DNA from: Kiritimatiellia bacterium
GTDB lineage: Bacteria; Verrucomicrobiota; Kiritimatiellia; JAAZAB01
NCBI GenBank assembly: GCA_040767085.1
Contig: JAXGPF010000008.1
Span: 32,001-96,000, forward strand
Direction: 5' to 3'
Length of the DNA stretch: 64,000 nt
Shown here one piece after another: positions 56,876 to 64,000 of the stretch. The position numbers and the translations under genes were made by a program. The notes beneath the pieces are model-generated. The model saw only the letters and a program-made list of their open reading frames with translations, made no database searches and was not told where the DNA came from. The stretch's first letter is position 1, and each line of letters starts with the position of its first letter.

Positions 56876-58285
56876 TCAGCATTTGACCGCGCAGACGGCC
56901 AGGCCGCCGGCGGCGGTCTCCTTGTAACGCGCCGACATGTCGCGGCCGGTCTGCAGCATGGCGGCGATGACCTCGTCCAGGGTGACTTTCTGTTTCTGCG
57001 GATCGCCGGCGGATGCCAGCAGGTAGGCGTTATAGGAAGTTACCGCGCCCACGGCGTTGCGTTCGATGCAGGGAATCTGCACGTAGCCGGCGATCGGATC
57101 GCAGGTCAGCCCCAGGTGATGCTCCAGGGCGATCTCCGCGGCATTGGCGATGAAATTGACGGCGTAACCGTAAACCTGGGCCAGCAGGGCGGCGCCCATG
57201 GCCGAGGCGACGCCGATTTCACCCTGGCAGCCGACTTCGGCGCCGGAAATGCTGGCGTTGTGCCTGGCGATGAGCGCAATGGCCGCCGCCGCCAGCAGCC
57301 CTTCGCGGAGGGCCTGTTGCGGCATGCGCATCTGGCGCCGCAGCAGGTAAATCAGGCCGGGGAGCACCCCGGCGGAACCGGACGTGGGCGCGGTGACAAT
57401 CCGCCGGCCGGCGGCATTTTCCTCGGCTGCCGCCAGGGCGTAGGCGTTCAGAAACACCAGGAACCGGTCGGGATAATTTTTCAAAGCCCGGGCGCGGGCG
57501 TAAAGCGTCGGCGCCTTGCGCGCCAGGCGGATCGGGCCGGGCAGCAGGCCGCCATGCTGAATGCCGTGTTCCACGGCGGCTTCCATGACGGCGATAATCC
57601 GGTCCAGATCGGCCCAGACGCCGGCGGGGTTGCGCCCGGAAACCGCCTGTTCGTGCTCCAGAAGCAGGTCCACCAGCGGCATGCCGGTGTCCGCCAGGCA
57701 CGCTTGCAGTTGTGCCATGTTAGCAAAAGGATGGGGTGGCGCGGCCTGCGGCGGGGCCGGCTCATCCCGGTAGCGCACAAAGCCTCCGCCGATGGAATAA
57801 CATTCCATTTCCAACAGGGGTTGGGCGCCGGCCGCCAGTCGCAAAATCATGGTGTTGGGGTGGGGGGCATTGGGCAGGTCGCCGGCGCAACGGATATCGG
57901 CGGCCTGGAAGGGGATGCCCTGGCGCGCGCCGGGCAACTCCATGCGGTAAACGGCGGACGGCTCGCGCAGGAGACCAGCCAGGCGCTCCACATCGCAGGT
58001 TTCCGGGGCCATGCCCAGCAGCCCGGCGGCGACGGCGCGATCGGTGCCATGCCCCTTGCCGGTGGCGCTCAGCGAGCCGTACAGATCCACTTCCAGGCGG
58101 GTGGCGCGGGCCTGCGCCGCGGCTGGCAGGGCCGCCGCACTTTCACGGAACCGGCCCGCGGCCTTCATCGGGCCAATCGTGTGTGAGCTGGACGGCCCGG
58201 GCCCGATCTTGAACACGTCGAAAATGGACGTTCGAATGCATTCGGCCGGCGGCGAGGCCGCTGGTTTTTTGCCTTGACGCTTCAT
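56876..58285 (-). CDS. sdaA: L-serine ammonia-lyase (Fe-S)
   Basis: GPGPSSSHTIGPM, GKGHGTD, SGAEVGCQGE, HHLGLTCDP, PCIERN. Confidence 0.95.
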   Translation of the reverse strand: MKRQGKKPAASPPAECIRTSIFDVFKIGPGPSSSHTIGPMKAAGRFRESAAALPAAAQARATRLEVDLYGSLSATGKGHGTDRAVAAGLLGMAPETCDVERLAGLLREPSAVYRMELPGARQGIPFQAADIRCAGDLPNAPHPNTMILRLAAGAQPLLEMECYSIGGGFVRYRDEPAPPQAAPPHPFANMAQLQACLADTGMPLVDLLLEHEQAVSGRNPAGVWADLDRIIAVMEAAVEHGIQHGGLLPGPIRLARKAPTLYARARALKNYPDRFLVFLNAYALAAAEENAAGRRIVTAPTSGSAGVLPGLIYLLRRQMRMPQQALREGLLAAAAIALIARHNASISGAEVGCQGEIGVASAMGAALLAQVYGYAVNFIANAAEIALEHHLGLTCDPIAGYVQIPCIERNAVGAVTSYNAYLLASAGDPQKQKVTLDEVIAAMLQTGRDMSARYKETAAGGLAVCAVKC

Positions 58286-58809
58286 CAGAAAGCCAACCGC
58301 GCGGCGGCGCCGAGCGTTACGGTGTCGGTGTTGATGCGTTTGTCCAGGTCCTTGATGTTTTCCCAGTCCAGGAAGCGGTAGTTGGCATTGATATCCAGGC
58401 GCAGGTTGGGCAGGATTTCAAAGTCCAGCCCGGCGCGCACGCCGTAAAACGGGTCGTCGGCGAATTTGCCGTCGGCGTAATTGATGCCGATGCCGCCGGC
58501 CACGTAAATGCCGGATCCCAGCACGAGGTAAGCCTGGGGCGCATAGGTGGTTTCATCGGAACCGCCGAACCCGTTGGGGAAAATTTCCAGGTCGGCCTGG
58601 ATTTTCAGGAGGCGCCAGGGGGCGAACTGGTAGGTTGCCAGCCAGGCCAGCCCGTCGTCATCGAGCTTGTAGTCGTCTTCCTTGATGCGGTCGATCGTCC
58701 GCCAGTAATTGGCGCCCACGCCGAGACGGTGCAACTGGATTTGTTCCGCGCGGGTTTGCGAGCCGGCCGCCAGCATTGCCAACAATCCGACAATCAATAA
58801 TTTCCGCAT
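58285..58809 (-). CDS. Small outer-membrane beta-barrel protein
   Basis: Signal peptide, alternating beta-strands, C-terminal Phe. Confidence 0.8.
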   Translation of the reverse strand: MRKLLIVGLLAMLAAGSQTRAEQIQLHRLGVGANYWRTIDRIKEDDYKLDDDGLAWLATYQFAPWRLLKIQADLEIFPNGFGGSDETTYAPQAYLVLGSGIYVAGGIGINYADGKFADDPFYGVRAGLDFEILPNLRLDINANYRFLDWENIKDLDKRINTDTVTLGAAARLAF

Positions 58810-58830
58810 GTTTGATCGCTCCTTGGGTGT

Positions 58831-62031
<3,201 letters not shown>

Positions 62032-62111
62032 GTTTTGCATCTCCGGGAAAAGGGTTGAATTGGCGGTTAGCATGGCGGGTTCGCCCGGCCAGGTCAAGCC
62101 AAAAAGCACGC

Positions 62112-62275
62112 CAGGGCTGCGTCATTCTCGGCGGCTCGCTCCCGCGCCAGGCGGGACAAGCCAGAGGTTTACCCCGCTTTGAGCGGGGTCTCGCCCTACC
62201 CACGACAAATGCTTGTGAAACGGTAGGGCGAGGTCTCCGTACCGAGCCGTCTGTTCTGAGAATGACGCAGCCCTG
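62112..62275. mobile_element. 164-bp MITE family B
   Basis: Perfect 18-bp TIR CAGGGCTGCGTCATTCTC; 10-bp TSD AAAAGC(A/G)CGC; internal CGCCCTACC..GGTAGGGCG REP pair. Confidence 0.9.
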
Positions 62276-62394
62276 AAAAGCGCGCGGCTTTATCGGAATT
62301 TGCGTTTGACTACGGCATGGAGGAATGGCAGCATGCAGGTTTGCGATAACCAAGCCAAGCCCATAAATCCCACTAGCAGAAAACAGGTTGCCCC

Positions 62395-63507
62395 ATGTCT
62401 TTTGAAAGCGGCTCAGTCAGTTTCAGCATGTTTTACGTTCCCGCCCCCCTGCCGGAGACCATCCATCAGCGGTTTGCCAAGGGCGTGCTCGGTCCGATAG
62501 ATAAGCTGCGCGAGGAAGAAATTCACGGCTGGGTTGGGCCCCGGCACCTGCTGGATCGCGAGATCAGCGAGATGACGGCCTGGCCCTCCGGTTTTTTGCG
62601 GCTGACGCTCTCCCAGGCGCAACGGGTCATCCCCGCGTCGCTGCTGCGGGCGGAATGCCGCATCGAGGAAATGGCCTGGATGCAGGCCGAGCACCGCGAT
62701 TATGTCAACCGCCAGCAGAAAAGTGAAATCAGGCAGCGGGTGGTCGAGCGCCTTTTGCCGCAAATGCCGCCCCAGCTCAAGGGGATTGACTTCTGTTACG
62801 ATCCGCGGGCAAAATTCCTGTATGTCACCGCGCTTTCGGAGAAACAGTTCGACGCTTTCCTGATCAACTTCGGCCTGACCACCGGGGTCAAACTGATCCA
62901 GGTTGATCCGGTATCCGCCGCGTGGCATGAGGCGCATTGCCGGGCCGACCAATGGCCCGCGCTGGGATTTGCCGCCGAACAGTGGGCGGATTGCGCCCCC
63001 GGGCGCGAATTCTTAATGTGGCTCTGGTTCATGTCGGAGGCCAAAGGCGGCGAAGTGGACTTGGCTGGCGGCGGGAAATTCGCCGTTATGGTGGAAGGAC
63101 CCCTGCTGTTCGATCAGGCGGAGCAGGGTGAGACGGCGATCCGCAAAGGCGAGCCGATGCTGAGCGCCGAAACCCGCGCCGCGCTTCTCAGCGGCAAAAA
63201 GCTGCGCCGGGCCAAGCTGACCCTGGCCCGCGGCGGCGAGGAGTGCTGGACTTGCTCGTTTGACGCCGATGGTTTCATCTTCCGCAACTTGAAATTGCCC
63301 AAGACCGAGGCGATTGACGCCGTGGGCCGCTTTCAGGAGCGGATGGAAATGCTGGACACCTTCCGGGAAGCCTTCCTCGGCCTCTACGGCACTTTCGCCA
63401 AGCTGCGCGACGACCGCGGCCGTTGCCAAGCGCTGGAGTCGGAAATGAAAAAATGGATGTCCGGACGGCCGTCCCGCAAGCTGGCGGATGTATCCAGCAG
63501 TCAGTGA
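62395..63507 (+). CDS. RdgC-like recombination-associated protein
   Basis: GWV..HLLD, VIPASLL, GREFLMWLWF..E, AALLSGKKL motifs recalled from RdgC-like proteins. Confidence 0.65.
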   Translation: MSFESGSVSFSMFYVPAPLPETIHQRFAKGVLGPIDKLREEEIHGWVGPRHLLDREISEMTAWPSGFLRLTLSQAQRVIPASLLRAECRIEEMAWMQAEHRDYVNRQQKSEIRQRVVERLLPQMPPQLKGIDFCYDPRAKFLYVTALSEKQFDAFLINFGLTTGVKLIQVDPVSAAWHEAHCRADQWPALGFAAEQWADCAPGREFLMWLWFMSEAKGGEVDLAGGGKFAVMVEGPLLFDQAEQGETAIRKGEPMLSAETRAALLSGKKLRRAKLTLARGGEECWTCSFDADGFIFRNLKLPKTEAIDAVGRFQERMEMLDTFREAFLGLYGTFAKLRDDRGRCQALESEMKKWMSGRPSRKLADVSSSQ

Positions 63508-63528
63508 TCAGTGATCGGTGATCAGTGA
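63501..63528. repeat. Heptamer tandem repeat TC(A/G)GTGA x4
   Basis: tcagtga tcagtga tcggtga tcagtga overlapping the stop codon. Confidence 0.8.
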
Positions 63529-63880
63529 ACCTTGAGTTTTGGTCAACAGCATTGACAGGTACACGCTGCGTCTGATAAAGTGCAGTCAGCTTGACTGTTG
63601 GTTTTGGTTCAGTAGCATCCCATAGCAAACCGCTTGATTCTCTCACAAAGCCGCAAAGCCACAAAGAAGACGCGGATAATTTACCACTGAACCGGAAGGA
63701 TTGGCCACCCAAAGTTGACTAGATTGACGCATATAGCGGGCATCTTTCCCTTTCCTGTACGTCAATCTGTATTCACAACCCGTTAAATATCAACGAAAGA
63801 GTTGATGGATTTAACGAAAACGGTGGAAATGTGTCGTGCTATGCATGACGCATAATATTATGTTGGCCCAGATCGAGGAC

Positions 63881-64000
63881 ATGACAAAACGAAAACAGAT
63901 CACCAAGACCGTCCGATTTGAGGTCTTCAAGCGCGACTCATTTGCCTGTCAGTATTGTGGACGGAAGGCTCCTGAAGTCCTGCTTGTGATTGACCACATC
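63881..64000 (+). CDS. HNH endonuclease (N-terminus only; cut by window end)
   Basis: GAGGA RBS; MTKRKQITKTVRFEVFKRDSFACQYCGRKAPEVLLVIDHI (RD..CxxC..DHI); absent from the ORF track. Confidence 0.88.
   Translation, partial: MTKRKQITKTVRFEVFKRDSFACQYCGRKAPEVLLVIDHI

Noticed and set aside
63845-63868. dif site (CGCATAA..TTATGTT)
   Set aside because: Arms resemble XerC/XerD boxes, but the spacer is 2 bp instead of 6 and the XerD arm lacks AAA

Overview
GC-rich bacterial chromosomal window. Gene content and repeat style suggest the PVC superphylum (Kiritimatiellae/Lentisphaerae-like); this is inference only. In order, it holds: (i) a MoxR AAA+/DUF58/degenerate-vWA/FGE-sulfatase cluster with large unknown proteins (1-13.7 kb); (ii) icd and aconitase; (iii) a methyltransferase-radical SAM-membrane protein trio; (iv) an ABC trio, apbE, a metallophosphoesterase and a phosphotriesterase-like gene with an in-frame stop near its start; (v) fmt, glycosylation genes and a PLP histidine-decarboxylase-like gene plus ACT gene; (vi) a Flp/Tad pilin cluster followed by a two-gene IS; (vii) a TolC-Cys-rich protein-HlyD-heterodimeric ABC operon; (viii) an attenuator-controlled ilvBN-leuA-aroE-prepilin peptidase-aroK operon; (ix) a chromate transporter pair, sdaA, an OMP, carB, an RdgC-like gene and the start of an HNH gene. 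The most unusual signal is non-coding: a three-copy intergenic element (5.2, 11.3, 20.7 kb) whose nested stems show compensatory changes and a conserved pseudoknot-like pairing. One copy sits inside a MITE with a perfect 9-bp target duplication. A second MITE family (ISAs1-like ends) and GTAG REPs are also present. No rRNA, tRNA or CRISPR array was recognised. All alignments and folds were done by eye.
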